A DNA stretch of 64,000 nucleotides from an uncultured cyanobacterium (lineage in GTDB: Bacteria; Cyanobacteriota; Cyanobacteriia; PCC-6307; Cyanobiaceae): the NCBI GenBank assembly GCA_963765575.1, contig CAVXWZ010000004.1:1-64000 (forward strand), read 5' to 3'. The notes beneath the pieces were generated by a model. That model did not search any database. It was not told where the DNA came from and saw only the letters and a list, made by a program, of their open reading frames with translations. The translations under genes and the position numbers were made by a program. Below, one piece after another: positions 10,317 to 19,753 of this stretch (positions are counted from its first letter, which is position 1; every line of letters starts with the position of its first letter).

Positions 10317-10799
10317 GTGGCCATCCCGGATCAGCCGGCTCCGAGCGATCCGGAGCAGCTTTTGTCAATTCCGCTGCGGCAGGCACTCGATCAGCTGTTT
10401 GAGCGCGCCCCCTCGCACCTGTTCCCACGGGCCCGCCAGCTCTACTTCCTGAAATATCCCCTGGAGGGTCGTCCCCAGGACCTCGACGCCTCCCCCCTGG
10501 CGGCGCGCTTCCGCACCTTCGTGTTGCGCGACACCACCTGCCTGCCCAGTGAGGGCATGGACGCGCCCCGGCCGATCATTCGCATCAATGAACTGGCGGT
10601 GGTGCACTGGCAGGCACCCCAGACCAATGGCGACGACTACGCCAGTTACATCCGTCAGTCCTGGCAGCTGGAGCCCCACGACCTCGAGCTGATCGAGGAG
10701 CCATGGTTCCGCGAGGGCGGCGCCTGGGCCCGCCTGCTGCTCACCCGGCGAGCAGCCGCTCCAGCTCCTGCTGCAGGTGCTCCCGACTCCAGCTCGTGA
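10317..10799 (+). CDS. Hypothetical protein
   Basis: Coding-like ORF (LFPRARQLYFLKYPLEG...NELAVVHWQ...EEPWFREGGAWAR); start approximate. Confidence 0.7.
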   Translation: MAIPDQPAPSDPEQLLSIPLRQALDQLFERAPSHLFPRARQLYFLKYPLEGRPQDLDASPLAARFRTFVLRDTTCLPSEGMDAPRPIIRINELAVVHWQAPQTNGDDYASYIRQSWQLEPHDLELIEEPWFREGGAWARLLLTRRAAAPAPAAGAPDSSS

Positions 10800-11019
10800 T
10801 CACGAACACCTCCTGGGCGCTGCCGCCCCGCCGCGCCACCAGCTTGTGGCCGCCGGTGATGGGGATCGACACGCGCAGCTTCAGTCCGGGGATCCGGCCC
10901 CGCACCCGGCTGATCACGGCTGGCGTCACGGTGCCCACGCCCGGCTGGGCCGCCAGCCGTCTGAGCAGCGGAATCAGTCCCTCCAGGTAGGTGCTGTGGG
11001 TCACCACCACCCGGCCCAT
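10741..11019 (-). CDS. DUF2103 family protein
   Basis: [19 protein letters not shown]...GHKLVARRGGSAQEVFVIT; TGATG-coupled to clpS. Confidence 0.85.
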   Translation of the reverse strand: MGRVVVTHSTYLEGLIPLLRRLAAQPGVGTVTPAVISRVRGRIPGLKLRVSIPITGGHKLVARRGGSAQEVFVITSWSREHLQQELERLLAG

Positions 11020-11336
11020 CAGGCGGGCTCCAGCGGCGCCATGGTGAGACCCTCGCCCCCCAGCTGCTGGTGGTGGAGTTCGGCCTGCTCCTGCGGTCCG
11101 CACCACACCACCGCCGACCCCTCGCCATCGATGCGGTGGGCCAGATCCCAGGCCTGGTCGCTCTGCATGGCGGGGATGAAGCGCACCAGGCACTCCACCA
11201 CGTGCTGGAAGGTGTTCACGTCGTCGTCCAGCACGACGATCTTGAAATTGGGGTAGGGCTGGCGTGTGCGCTGCCGCTCGCGCACGGCGGTGGGGCTGGC
11301 GGTGGCAGCGCTCGCCAGGGGCAGGGTGCGATGCAT
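11019..11336 (-). CDS. clpS: ATP-dependent Clp protease adaptor ClpS
   Basis: [41 protein letters not shown]. Confidence 0.93.
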   Translation of the reverse strand: MHRTLPLASAATASPTAVRERQRTRQPYPNFKIVVLDDDVNTFQHVVECLVRFIPAMQSDQAWDLAHRIDGEGSAVVWCGPQEQAELHHQQLGGEGLTMAPLEPA

Positions 11337-11400
11337 GGAGGGCCCGCGTCCGTCTGGGGCAGAGCCTAGGTACAGTGCTGCCACGCCACGACTGCCGCAC

Positions 11401-11502
11401 ATGCTGATCACCCTGGGCTGGGCTTCCCTCGCCGCGCTGTTCAGCTTCTCCATCGCCATGGTGGTGTGGGGCCGCCACGGCGACGGCAGCATCAAGTTCT
11501 GA
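11401..11502 (+). CDS. petN: Cytochrome b6f complex subunit VIII
   Basis: [27 protein letters not shown]. Confidence 0.92.
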   Translation: MLITLGWASLAALFSFSIAMVVWGRHGDGSIKF

Positions 11503-11526
11503 GCACCAGCGGCGGCTGTCCCTTCC

Positions 11527-11892
11527 TTGATTGATCTCCCCGCCAACGGGCTGGCCGTTACCGGCTCCCAGCTGCTGGCCGGCCTTGCCACGGCCTTGCT
11601 TGTCTTCGTCAGCGTCGGGGTGGTCTATCTCTCCGCCGTCGAATGGCGAGACCGCCGTCGGCGCCGCGCTGACGCGTCGTCCGGCGGCAGCCCCCAGCGA
11701 CCGCCAGGCAAAGCGAAGTCCGCCAGGACCGCTAAGGACGGCAAGAAGGGCCCGGCAAGCCCGATTCCAAGCCCACGTCGCGGGCCTCAGCCGCGTTTGG
11801 CCGCCGCCCGTGATCGCCCCGGCGGTGGCAGCGACCCTGGCCCCCTGGGCCTGGCAGGAAGCGGCTGCGGTGCTGGTGCCGCCGCCCCCTGA
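11527..11892 (+). CDS. Small single-TM membrane protein (YL..VEWRDRRRR motif) with low-complexity tail
   Basis: LLVFVSVGVVYLSAVEWRDRRRRR resembles a small conserved cyanobacterial protein; tail overlaps the cofH 5' region. Confidence 0.6.
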   Translation: MIDLPANGLAVTGSQLLAGLATALLVFVSVGVVYLSAVEWRDRRRRRADASSGGSPQRPPGKAKSARTAKDGKKGPASPIPSPRRGPQPRLAAARDRPGGGSDPGPLGLAGSGCGAGAAAP

Positions 11893-13072
11893 AGGTGCCG
11901 GGGCTCCCTGGGCGCCATGGCCGGCGCCGGCCCTGCTGGAGGCCTTCACGGCCCAGCCGGGGCCAGCACAGTCCTGGCCAGCACAGTCGGCAGCGGCCGG
12001 CCTGGTTCTGGAGCTGCTGCAGCGGCCCTGGCTGGGCAGCGACCTGGAGTCGCTGCGGCGGCAGGCTGACGCCCGGCGCCGCCAGCTGGTGGGGGACACG
12101 GTCACCTACGTGGTCAACCGCAACCTCAACGCCTCCAACCACTGTGTGCAGCACTGCTCGTTCTGTGCCTTTCGCCGCGATCCCGGTGAGCCCGGCGCCT
12201 ACTGGCTGGAGCTGGAGGACCTCCAGGAGCGGGCCAGCCAGGCCCAGCAGGCTGGCGCCACCGAGCTGTGTGTGCAGGGCGGTCTGAATACGGCCGCCCG
12301 CCTCCAGGGCAGCCAGCTGGCCTACGCGGAGCGGCTGTTGCGCGCCCTGCTGGAGGCGGCCCCGGGCGTCCATCTGCATGCCTTTTCACCCCAGGAGCTC
12401 GTGTTCTTCGCTGAGCAGGACGGCATTGGCCTCGACGTCGTGCTGGAGCGGCTGCAGGCGGCCGGGCTGGGATCGGTGCCCGGCACCGCCGCCGAGGTGC
12501 TCTCCGAGCGGGTGCGGCGCCTGCTCTGTCCGGAAAAGCTCTCGGCCCGCGCCTGGGTGGCGGCGGTGCTGCAGATCCACCGCTTCGGCCTGCCCTCCAC
12601 CAGCACCCTGATGGCCGGACACATCGAGCAGCCGGCCGACCTGGCGGCCCATCTGCTCACCCTGGTGGGCATTCAGACCGCTGCCCGCCGCCGGGGGGTG
12701 ACGGGCTTCACGGAATTCGTGCTGCTGCCCTTCGTGGGCGAGGCGGCCCCGCCGCCCCTGCGCTCGCGGGTGGGCCGGGATCAGCCCGATCGGGCGGCGA
12801 TGCTGCGGCTCACCGCCCAGGCGCGGTTGGTGCTCGGTGCTTGGATCGCGGCCCACCAGCCCAGCTGGGTGAAGCTCACCCTCGCCGGAGCCACCGAGGC
12901 CCTGCGCTGGGGTTGCAACGACCTGGGGGGCACCCTGATGGAGGAGCACATCACCACCATGGCCGGCGCCCGGGGCGGCACGATCCAGACGCCGGCGGCC
13001 CTGGTGGCCGCCGCCGCCAGCCTCGGCCGCGCGGCTTGCCAGCGCACCACCCTCTACGGGCTGCTGCCATGA
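11810..13072 (+). CDS. cofH: FO synthase subunit CofH-like radical SAM protein (start approximate)
   Basis: VGDTVTYVVNRNLN, CxxxCxxC (CVQHCSFCAF), HAFSPQE, PGTAAEVL, QPSWVKL, GCNDLGGTLMEEHITTMAGA. Confidence 0.88.
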   Translation: MIAPAVAATLAPWAWQEAAAVLVPPPPEGAGAPWAPWPAPALLEAFTAQPGPAQSWPAQSAAAGLVLELLQRPWLGSDLESLRRQADARRRQLVGDTVTYVVNRNLNASNHCVQHCSFCAFRRDPGEPGAYWLELEDLQERASQAQQAGATELCVQGGLNTAARLQGSQLAYAERLLRALLEAAPGVHLHAFSPQELVFFAEQDGIGLDVVLERLQAAGLGSVPGTAAEVLSERVRRLLCPEKLSARAWVAAVLQIHRFGLPSTSTLMAGHIEQPADLAAHLLTLVGIQTAARRRGVTGFTEFVLLPFVGEAAPPPLRSRVGRDQPDRAAMLRLTAQARLVLGAWIAAHQPSWVKLTLAGATEALRWGCNDLGGTLMEEHITTMAGARGGTIQTPAALVAAAASLGRAACQRTTLYGLLP

Positions 13073-14619
13073 CGTGGTCGCCCCCTGCCCTGCGCCTCCC
13101 GGCCATGCCGCTGAAGGTCACGGCGCTGGTGACCGCGCTGCTGCTGGCCGCTCCGGCCCTGGTGCTGCTGCGCATGCCCCGGCCGCGGGCCGAGGGCCTG
13201 GGGCGGCTGCTGACCCATGCCGCTCTGCTGCAAAGCTTTCCCGCCGCGCCAGATCGGCAGCCGCCGCCGCTCTGGGACCAGCGCCTCGACGCACCCACCG
13301 CCCGGCTGCTCTGGCGCCAGCAGCGCCAGCTCTGGTGGCAGTTCTGGAGCCACGATGAGGCGGGTGGGGCCTACCTGGCGATGCCCCTGCCACGCCAGAT
13401 CCGGGTCGGGGCGATGGCACCTCCCCCCCACAGCCTCCAGATCGACGGCCTGCTGGTGGTGTCCTCCGGACCGCTGGCCAAGCGCTTCCTGGAGGACCAG
13501 CTGGTGCAGGCCAGCCGCCGCCCGGAAGGCCTGCGCCAACGCTGCCTGGTGATGCTGGAACGTGAGCCCGGCGCCTTCTGGAGCGCCCGCGGTCTGGAGG
13601 CCATGGCCGCCCCCATCGCTCCGCTGCTGCAGGCCCTTCAGGAGGGCTGCGTGGCCCTCGAGCTGGAGCCCGGCGAGCTGTTGTTCAGTGGCGAAGCCGG
13701 CCGCGACGGAGACTTGCCCAGCCCTCCACAACCCGCAGCCCAGCCGCCCGCAGCCCAGCCGACCGCCCCAGCACGGCCGGGTGCTGGGGCCACCGAACTG
13801 CCCGAGCCCATCGGCGAAGGGCTGCTGCTGCGCCTCCATGGCCGTTCCCTCGACCTGCTGCTGGACGGTCTGCTCAGCCGCGCTGAAGTGCGTGAGGCGG
13901 TCCAGTCGGTGTATGGCCTCGGCGAGGCCGAGCTGGCCCTGCTGCGCAACACGCCCTTCGAGCTGCGGCTGCGCCCCCAGCTCGCCGGCCCCTTCCAGGC
14001 TGGCCTGGAGCTGTCGCTGTTGGTGCAGGGAGACCCGGCCCCCTGGATTGCCATCCTCGACGGCCTCAGCGACCGCCTGCGCGCCAGGGCTCTGGTGCAG
14101 GATCCGGCCCAGGAGAGCAGCAGCGGTGAGGCCACCTGGCGCGAGGCCACCTGGCGGGACGCCGAGGGGCGGGAGGTGGGTGGTTGGCGCTGGCTGCTGA
14201 AACCGGATGCTTCACCGCAGCTGCTGCTCTTCCTCGGACCCCAACCGGAGACCATGGCTGCGATTTCCGATGGCGCTGCCCTCGCGGCCCTCGAGAGGCT
14301 GCCGCTGCTGAGCCTGCAGGTGCGGCCCCAGGCCCTCGCCGCCCTCAACCTGCTCCCCGGTCAGCTGCCTCTGCCCCTGCTGCAGGCCCGTCAGCTGTTG
14401 TTGGTGGCCGACGACGGTCCGTCCGATGGGCCAGAGGGCGCCAAGGGCATCAGTCAGCTGTGGGGGCGTCTGCAGCTTGGGGATCTGCTGCCGATTCAGC
14501 CCCCGACTCCGGCGCCGTCTCTGCCCCCGACGGGGCAGGCCCCTCCTGGGCCACAGCCGTCGCCGCCGCCTCAGCCTCAGTCGCCGCCTTCGCCTCAGCC
14601 TCAGCCGCCGCCGCCGTGA
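13069..14619 (+). CDS. Hypothetical membrane-anchored protein with Pro-rich C-terminus
   Basis: ATGA overlap with the cofH stop; N-terminal hydrophobic anchor; long ORF with coding-type bias. Confidence 0.7.
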   Translation: MTWSPPALRLPAMPLKVTALVTALLLAAPALVLLRMPRPRAEGLGRLLTHAALLQSFPAAPDRQPPPLWDQRLDAPTARLLWRQQRQLWWQFWSHDEAGGAYLAMPLPRQIRVGAMAPPPHSLQIDGLLVVSSGPLAKRFLEDQLVQASRRPEGLRQRCLVMLEREPGAFWSARGLEAMAAPIAPLLQALQEGCVALELEPGELLFSGEAGRDGDLPSPPQPAAQPPAAQPTAPARPGAGATELPEPIGEGLLLRLHGRSLDLLLDGLLSRAEVREAVQSVYGLGEAELALLRNTPFELRLRPQLAGPFQAGLELSLLVQGDPAPWIAILDGLSDRLRARALVQDPAQESSSGEATWREATWRDAEGREVGGWRWLLKPDASPQLLLFLGPQPETMAAISDGAALAALERLPLLSLQVRPQALAALNLLPGQLPLPLLQARQLLLVADDGPSDGPEGAKGISQLWGRLQLGDLLPIQPPTPAPSLPPTGQAPPGPQPSPPPQPQSPPSPQPQPPPP

Positions 14620-15283
14620 GTCCGGCCTGCTTGCGTTCGCGCTTGCGGCGCTCGGCCGCCACCGTTTCCTCCATCAGCTCCACGGCCTGGGCCAGTTTCT
14701 CGAGGTTGCTGGCATAGATGCTGAGGTCCTTGTCCAGGCGGTCGCGCAGCAGGCCCATGGCCTCGCCGAGCTCGTGGGCCGACTGACGCAGGGCGGCCGC
14801 ATCCTTGGTGTCAGACCCCTGGGCCTTCTCCAGCAGGCTGAGCAGGCCCACGGCCACCAGCCGGGAGTAGTGGAAGTCGGGACGGCGCACATTGGCCAGG
14901 GCGCTGGCCACCGGCTCCGGTGCTCCCTGGCCCTGGGCGGCAATCCACTCGGTCACCTCGTCCACGCTGTGGTGGCCCATGGCGGCCATGGCGGCGTCGC
15001 GCTGCTGGCGCAGCTGGTCGGCGTCGAAGCCGGAGGCGCTGCAGAGTGCGGCCAGCAGCGACTGGCGATGCTCATCGGGCCGGTAGCCGCGGGAAAAGCT
15101 GTCGAACACCTGGATCAGCCCGCAGGCGAACAGGGAATCGCTCTGGAATCCCCGCTGGCGGCTGAGCAGGTGCAGCTCCACCAGCAGTTCATCCACCATG
15201 CGCCGGTGGATCGGCGCGATCACGTGGGGGAAAGCGCGGTGGAAGGCGCGCTTGCTGTCGGAGACGGTGAGGGCTGCGCTCAC
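14450..15283 (-). CDS. psb29: Photosystem II biogenesis protein Psb29/Thf1
   Basis: TVSDSKRAFH..FPHVI, VDELLVELHLL, FHYSRLVAVGL, DKDLSIYASNLEKLAQAVELMEE. Confidence 0.93.
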   Translation of the reverse strand: MSAALTVSDSKRAFHRAFPHVIAPIHRRMVDELLVELHLLSRQRGFQSDSLFACGLIQVFDSFSRGYRPDEHRQSLLAALCSASGFDADQLRQQRDAAMAAMGHHSVDEVTEWIAAQGQGAPEPVASALANVRRPDFHYSRLVAVGLLSLLEKAQGSDTKDAAALRQSAHELGEAMGLLRDRLDKDLSIYASNLEKLAQAVELMEETVAAERRKRERKQAGLTAAAAEAEAKAATEAEAAATAVAQEGPAPSGAETAPESGAESAADPQAADAPTAD

Positions 15284-15357
15284 GCTGCTCGGCTGTGGAT
15301 GGAGCGACCCTAGCCGCCCGCGCTCAGTAGGATCGGCCCAGCGATCTGACGAGACCT

Positions 15358-15954
15358 GTGACGACGATTCCGATTGTGATTGAGGAGTCGGGCCGGGGCG
15401 AGCGGGCGTTCGACATCTATTCCCGTCTGCTGCGGGAGCGCATCGTGTTCCTTGGCGAGCAGGTGACGGCCGAATCTGCCAACCGCATCGTGGCCCAGTT
15501 GTTGTTTCTGGAGGCGGAGGACCCCGATCGCGACATCTTTCTGTACATCAACTCTCCCGGTGGTTCCGTCTATGACGGGCTGGGAATCTTCGACACGATG
15601 CAGCACATCAAGCCCGATGTGCACACCGTCTGCGTCGGTCTGGCCGCCTCCATGGGGGCGTTTTTGCTCTGTGCCGGCACCAAGGGCAAGCGCAGCAGCC
15701 TCACCCACTCGCGGATCATGATCCACCAGCCCCTCGGCGGTGCCCGCGGCCAGGCCAGCGACATCCGCATCCAGGCCGATGAGATTCTCTACCTCAAGAA
15801 GAAACTCAACCAGGAACTGGCCGATCGCACCGGCCAAAGCCTCAGCCGCATCGAGGAAGACACCGACCGCGACTTCTTCATGTCGCCGGCCGAATGTGTG
15901 GCCTACGGCCTGATCGACAAGGTGATCGAAAAACGCTCCGTGCGCCCCGTCTGA
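15358..15954 (+). CDS. clpP: ATP-dependent Clp protease proteolytic subunit
   Basis: [53 protein letters not shown]. Confidence 0.97.
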   Translation: MTTIPIVIEESGRGERAFDIYSRLLRERIVFLGEQVTAESANRIVAQLLFLEAEDPDRDIFLYINSPGGSVYDGLGIFDTMQHIKPDVHTVCVGLAASMGAFLLCAGTKGKRSSLTHSRIMIHQPLGGARGQASDIRIQADEILYLKKKLNQELADRTGQSLSRIEEDTDRDFFMSPAECVAYGLIDKVIEKRSVRPV

Positions 15955-15974
15955 ACTTCACAGGCCAGATGGCC

Positions 15975-15997
15975 AGCCCGCCTGACGGCGGGCTTTT
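15975..15997 (+). terminator. Rho-independent terminator after clpP
   Basis: AGCCCGCC-TGAC-GGCGGGCT followed by TTT. Confidence 0.75.
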
Positions 15998-16049
15998 GAC
16001 TGGGGATTCACATCCACCAGAACGTCAGCTCAGGCCACCAACAGTGAGC

Positions 16050-18011
16050 TCAGGCCTGAGCCGGCTGCGGTTCACGGGATCGGCCAGCATCCTGGCTTGC
16101 GTCGCTGTCTGGGAGCAGAGGGGAGAAACGGTCCTTCTCGGGAATGCTGGTGAACTCGGAGACGATGGCGCGGAACTCATCGCCATCGAGGCTTTCCTTC
16201 TCGATCAGCACCTCCACCACCCGGTCCATGCACTCGCGATGTTGCGCCACCAGCTTCACCGTGTCGGCGTAGCAGCTGAGCACCATCTGGCGCACGGAAT
16301 CATCCACCCGGCTGGCCATGCGGTCGGAGCCGTCACTGCGGGTCATCAGGTCGCGACCGAGAAACACTTCCTGATTGCCGGCCTCCAGCGAGAACTGGCC
16401 GATGTCACTCATGCCGAAGCGGGTGACCATCTGACGGGCGATCGAGGCCACCTGCTGGATGTCACCACCGGCACCGGTGGTCACCTCCTCGCGGCCGAAC
16501 ACCACGTCTTCGGCGGCGCGGCCCCCGAGGGCGCCCATGATGCGCGCGCGCAGCTGGGCCCTGCTCACCAGCATCTGTTCCTCATCGGGGGAAAACCAGG
16601 TGAGGCCCTGGGCCTGGCCGCGGGGGATCAGGGTGACCTTCTGCACGGGGTCGTGGGCCTTGACCAGGGTGCCCACCAGGGCATGGCCCACCTCGTGATA
16701 CGCGATCAGGCGCTTGCTGCGACCGTCGGTGAGCGACTTGCCCTCCATGCCGGCAATCACCCGATCCACGGCGTCGTCAATCTCGGCCAGCGAGGTGGAC
16801 TCTTTGCGCCGCCGGGCCGTGAGGATGGCGGCCTCGTTGAGCAGGTTGGCCAGGTCGGCGCCGGAAAACCCTGGGGTGCGGCGGGCAATGATCTCCAGGC
16901 TCACGTCCTCGGCCAGCTTTTTGTCGCGGCTGTGCACCTTGAGGATCTCCAGGCGGCCCTTGATGTCGGGCACATCCACCATCACCTGGCGATCGAAGCG
17001 ACCCGGGCGCAGCAGGGCCGAATCGAGCACGTCGGCCCGGTTGGTCGCGGCGATGATGATGATGCCGCTGTTGCCCTCGAAGCCGTCCATTTCGGTGAGC
17101 AGCTGGTTGAGGGTCTGCTCCCGCTCGTCGTTGCCGCCGCCCACGCCGGCACCCCGCTGGCGGCCCACAGCATCGATTTCATCAATGAAGATCAGGCAGG
17201 GGCTGTTTTCCTTGGCGCGCTTGAACAGGTCGCGCACCCGGCTGGCCCCCACGCCCACGAACATCTCCACAAACTCGGAGCCCGAGAGGGCGAAGAACGG
17301 CACCCCGGCCTCACCGGCGATCGCCTTGGCCAGCAACGTTTTGCCGGTGCCGGGAGGGCCCACCAACAGCACACCCTTGGGAATGCGCGCGCCCACGGAG
17401 GTGAAGCGCTCCGGGGTCTTGAGGAAGGTCACCACCTCCTCGAGATCCTGCTTGGCCTCCTCCACGCCGGCCACGTCGCCAAACTTGACGCCGGTTTCGG
17501 CCTCCATGGCGAAGCGGGCCTTGGTCTTGCCGAACTGCATCGCCTGGCCCGGGCCCCCGGGCATGCCGCTGGAGCGGCGGGCCAGGAAGATCAGCGAGCC
17601 GATCAGCAGCAGCGGGAAGAGCAGATTGCCCAGGATCCCCACCACCGGCGGCGACTGGCGCGGCGGATGGATGTCGAAGCTGATGCCCTGGTCCTTGAGC
17701 TGGTTCACCAGCTCCGGGGCGACGCCGGGAAGATCGACCCGCAGCCGCTGCACCCGGTTGTCGAGGTCGGGATCGACGGCCTCGATCACGGCACTGCGGC
17801 CGCCGTCATAGATGTCCACGGCGGTGACGCGACCGGCGTTCACGTAGTCGAGGAAGCGGCCGTAGCTCATCCGGGCCACGGCGGTGTTGCGCGGGGCGCT
17901 GGTGGGTCCGTTCGCTCCCAGGTTGCCGCTGCTCAGAACCTGCCAACCGAGGAAGGCCACCACCGCCACGGGCAGCAACCACAAAACAATCAGACGCCAG
18001 CGCTGGTTCAT
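16050..18011 (-). CDS. ftsH: ATP-dependent zinc metalloprotease FtsH (FtsH2-like)
   Basis: [34 protein letters not shown] zinc motif. Confidence 0.97.
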   Translation of the reverse strand: MNQRWRLIVLWLLPVAVVAFLGWQVLSSGNLGANGPTSAPRNTAVARMSYGRFLDYVNAGRVTAVDIYDGGRSAVIEAVDPDLDNRVQRLRVDLPGVAPELVNQLKDQGISFDIHPPRQSPPVVGILGNLLFPLLLIGSLIFLARRSSGMPGGPGQAMQFGKTKARFAMEAETGVKFGDVAGVEEAKQDLEEVVTFLKTPERFTSVGARIPKGVLLVGPPGTGKTLLAKAIAGEAGVPFFALSGSEFVEMFVGVGASRVRDLFKRAKENSPCLIFIDEIDAVGRQRGAGVGGGNDEREQTLNQLLTEMDGFEGNSGIIIIAATNRADVLDSALLRPGRFDRQVMVDVPDIKGRLEILKVHSRDKKLAEDVSLEIIARRTPGFSGADLANLLNEAAILTARRRKESTSLAEIDDAVDRVIAGMEGKSLTDGRSKRLIAYHEVGHALVGTLVKAHDPVQKVTLIPRGQAQGLTWFSPDEEQMLVSRAQLRARIMGALGGRAAEDVVFGREEVTTGAGGDIQQVASIARQMVTRFGMSDIGQFSLEAGNQEVFLGRDLMTRSDGSDRMASRVDDSVRQMVLSCYADTVKLVAQHRECMDRVVEVLIEKESLDGDEFRAIVSEFTSIPEKDRFSPLLPDSDASQDAGRSREPQPAQA

Positions 18012-18022
18012 AGCTGAGACAG

Positions 18023-18040
18023 TTTCTAACTGAGTGTAAC
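18023..18040 (-). promoter_or_regulatory. Putative HLR1 (RpaB) site upstream of ftsH
   Basis: Minus strand GTTACACT-CA-GTTAGAAA, two imperfect (G/T)TTACA(T/A)(T/A) repeats 2 nt apart. Confidence 0.55.
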
Positions 18041-18049
18041 GGCGGTGCC

Positions 18050-18343
18050 CTAGCCAGCGGTGGCCCAGCTCCCCAGCAGATCGTCCTGGCCGCTGCCGCT
18101 CTCGGCTCCACCCTCGGGGGCGGTGGGCTCAAGGGTGAGCTGGTACACGGGGATCGACTCCAGCATCTCCGCGCCGCCGAGCCCGTGGGTCCAGATCTCC
18201 AGTTCGGTTTCGTCGGGACACTGGAAACTCAGCAGCTCGAACGGGAATACCACGCGCTCCAGATAGAAGGCATCAGGTCCGATGCAACGCACGATCACCA
18301 TGCGATCGGTGCCGTTGCGGTAGCCGCAGGTCAGCAGGTCCAA
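18050..18343 (-). CDS. DUF1830 family protein
   Basis: [17 protein letters not shown]...FYLERVVFP...LEIWTH. Confidence 0.8.
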   Translation of the reverse strand: MDLLTCGYRNGTDRMVIVRCIGPDAFYLERVVFPFELLSFQCPDETELEIWTHGLGGAEMLESIPVYQLTLEPTAPEGGAESGSGQDDLLGSWATAG

Positions 18344-18503
18344 AAAATTCCCCCCAGCAAACAGTTGCGACCACTAAGCCATTGCCGCTCCCATTTGGAT
18401 GGTCTCCTTAGCCACTGTTTCAGGGCTTGAAAGCCTGTCTTCAAGTTTTTTTCGGTTTTCTGTGTGGGTGCCCTGGCCAGGCCCCTGCCAGCGGCTTCAG
18501 CGC

Positions 18504-19733
18504 CTAGAGGCTGCGCAGGGCCACGATCGGGTCGAGTCGGGAAGCCCGCCGGGCCGGCACGACGCCGAAGAACAGGCCGATCGACCCCGAAACGGCCACG
18601 GTGATCAGCACCAACCCGGCACTGATCGTGGCCGGCAGCGGAGTCACCATCGCCGTCACGGTCACCGTGCCGAGGCCCACCACCGCACCCAGCACGCCGC
18701 CGAGGCTGGCCAGCACCAGCGACTCCACCAGGAACTGCCGCAGCACATCGCCACTGCGGGCGCCGAGGGCCTTGCGCAGACCGATCTCCGCGGTGCGCTC
18801 GCTCACCGACACCAGCATGATGTTCATGATGCCGATGCCGCCCACGAGCAACGACACGGCGCCGATGGCCCCCAGCATCAGGGTGAGACCACCGGTGATG
18901 GTGCTCACGATCGTGAGCGCATCCTGCTGGGAGCGCACGGCGAAGTCGTCGTCCCGCAGGATGCGGTGCCGCTGGCGCAACAGGTTGGTGATCTGGAAGG
19001 CGGCGGCATTGATGCTGTCGGCATCACGGGCCTCCACGCTGATGAAATTGAGGCTGACCCCGTAGGTGGGATCCCGGCCCGACAGCCTGCTCACCATGGT
19101 GCTGAGGGGCACGTAGGCGTTTTCGTCCTGGTTCTGGCCGAACACGGCACCCTTGGGTTCCAGCACGCCCACCACCTCGAAGGGCTGGTTGCGGATCCGC
19201 AGCACCTGGCCGATGGCGGGCTTGGCCGGAAACATCTTGCTGGCCAGATCCGGACCGATCACGGCCACGCTGCGCACGCCGCTGACGTCGCCCTGGGAGA
19301 GGAAGCGACCGCTGGCCACCTCAAACTGGCGAATCGGCAGAAATTCCGGGGTCACCCCGTTGATCGAGGCGGTGTTGCTCAGCCCCCCCGACGCCACCAC
19401 CTCGCTGAGGGTGATCTGGGGTGCCACCCGGCCCACGCTGGGCACCTGCTCGGCGATCGCCTGGGCGTCCTCCAGCACCAGTGTCTTGGGAAAATCGATC
19501 CCCTGGCGCCGCGTGTCGTTGCTGCCCGGCACCACAAAAAGCACATTGGCCCCCAGGTTGCTGAGCTGGCCCTCGGCCAGGTTCTGGGCGCCGCGACCGA
19601 CCCCCACCAGGGTGATCACCGAGGCGTTGCCGATCACGATGCCGAGCATGGTGAGCAGGCTGCGCAGGCGGTTGGCCCGCAGCGTGGACAGGGCCATGCC
19701 CACGGTTTCGCCCATCGGCAGCCTGGAGCCCAT
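18504..19733 (-). CDS. MacB/FtsX-family ABC transporter permease
   Basis: NRLRSLLTMLGIVIG, SLLVGGIGIMNIMLVSVSERTAEIGLRKALGA, PARRASRLDPIVALR. Confidence 0.95.
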   Translation of the reverse strand: MGSRLPMGETVGMALSTLRANRLRSLLTMLGIVIGNASVITLVGVGRGAQNLAEGQLSNLGANVLFVVPGSNDTRRQGIDFPKTLVLEDAQAIAEQVPSVGRVAPQITLSEVVASGGLSNTASINGVTPEFLPIRQFEVASGRFLSQGDVSGVRSVAVIGPDLASKMFPAKPAIGQVLRIRNQPFEVVGVLEPKGAVFGQNQDENAYVPLSTMVSRLSGRDPTYGVSLNFISVEARDADSINAAAFQITNLLRQRHRILRDDDFAVRSQQDALTIVSTITGGLTLMLGAIGAVSLLVGGIGIMNIMLVSVSERTAEIGLRKALGARSGDVLRQFLVESLVLASLGGVLGAVVGLGTVTVTAMVTPLPATISAGLVLITVAVSGSIGLFFGVVPARRASRLDPIVALRSL

Positions 19734-19753
19734 GACCTGTGCGCTTCTTGGTC

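Noticed and set aside
11810..13072. cofH without an adjacent cofG
   Set aside because: Unlinked cofG and cofH are normal in cyanobacteria.
15894..18017. Long ORFs antisense to real genes (707 aa opposite ftsH; likewise opposite recQ, pyk, ilvA, htpG, dnaK)
   Set aside because: Shadow ORFs expected from high-GC codon bias; no recognisable motifs.
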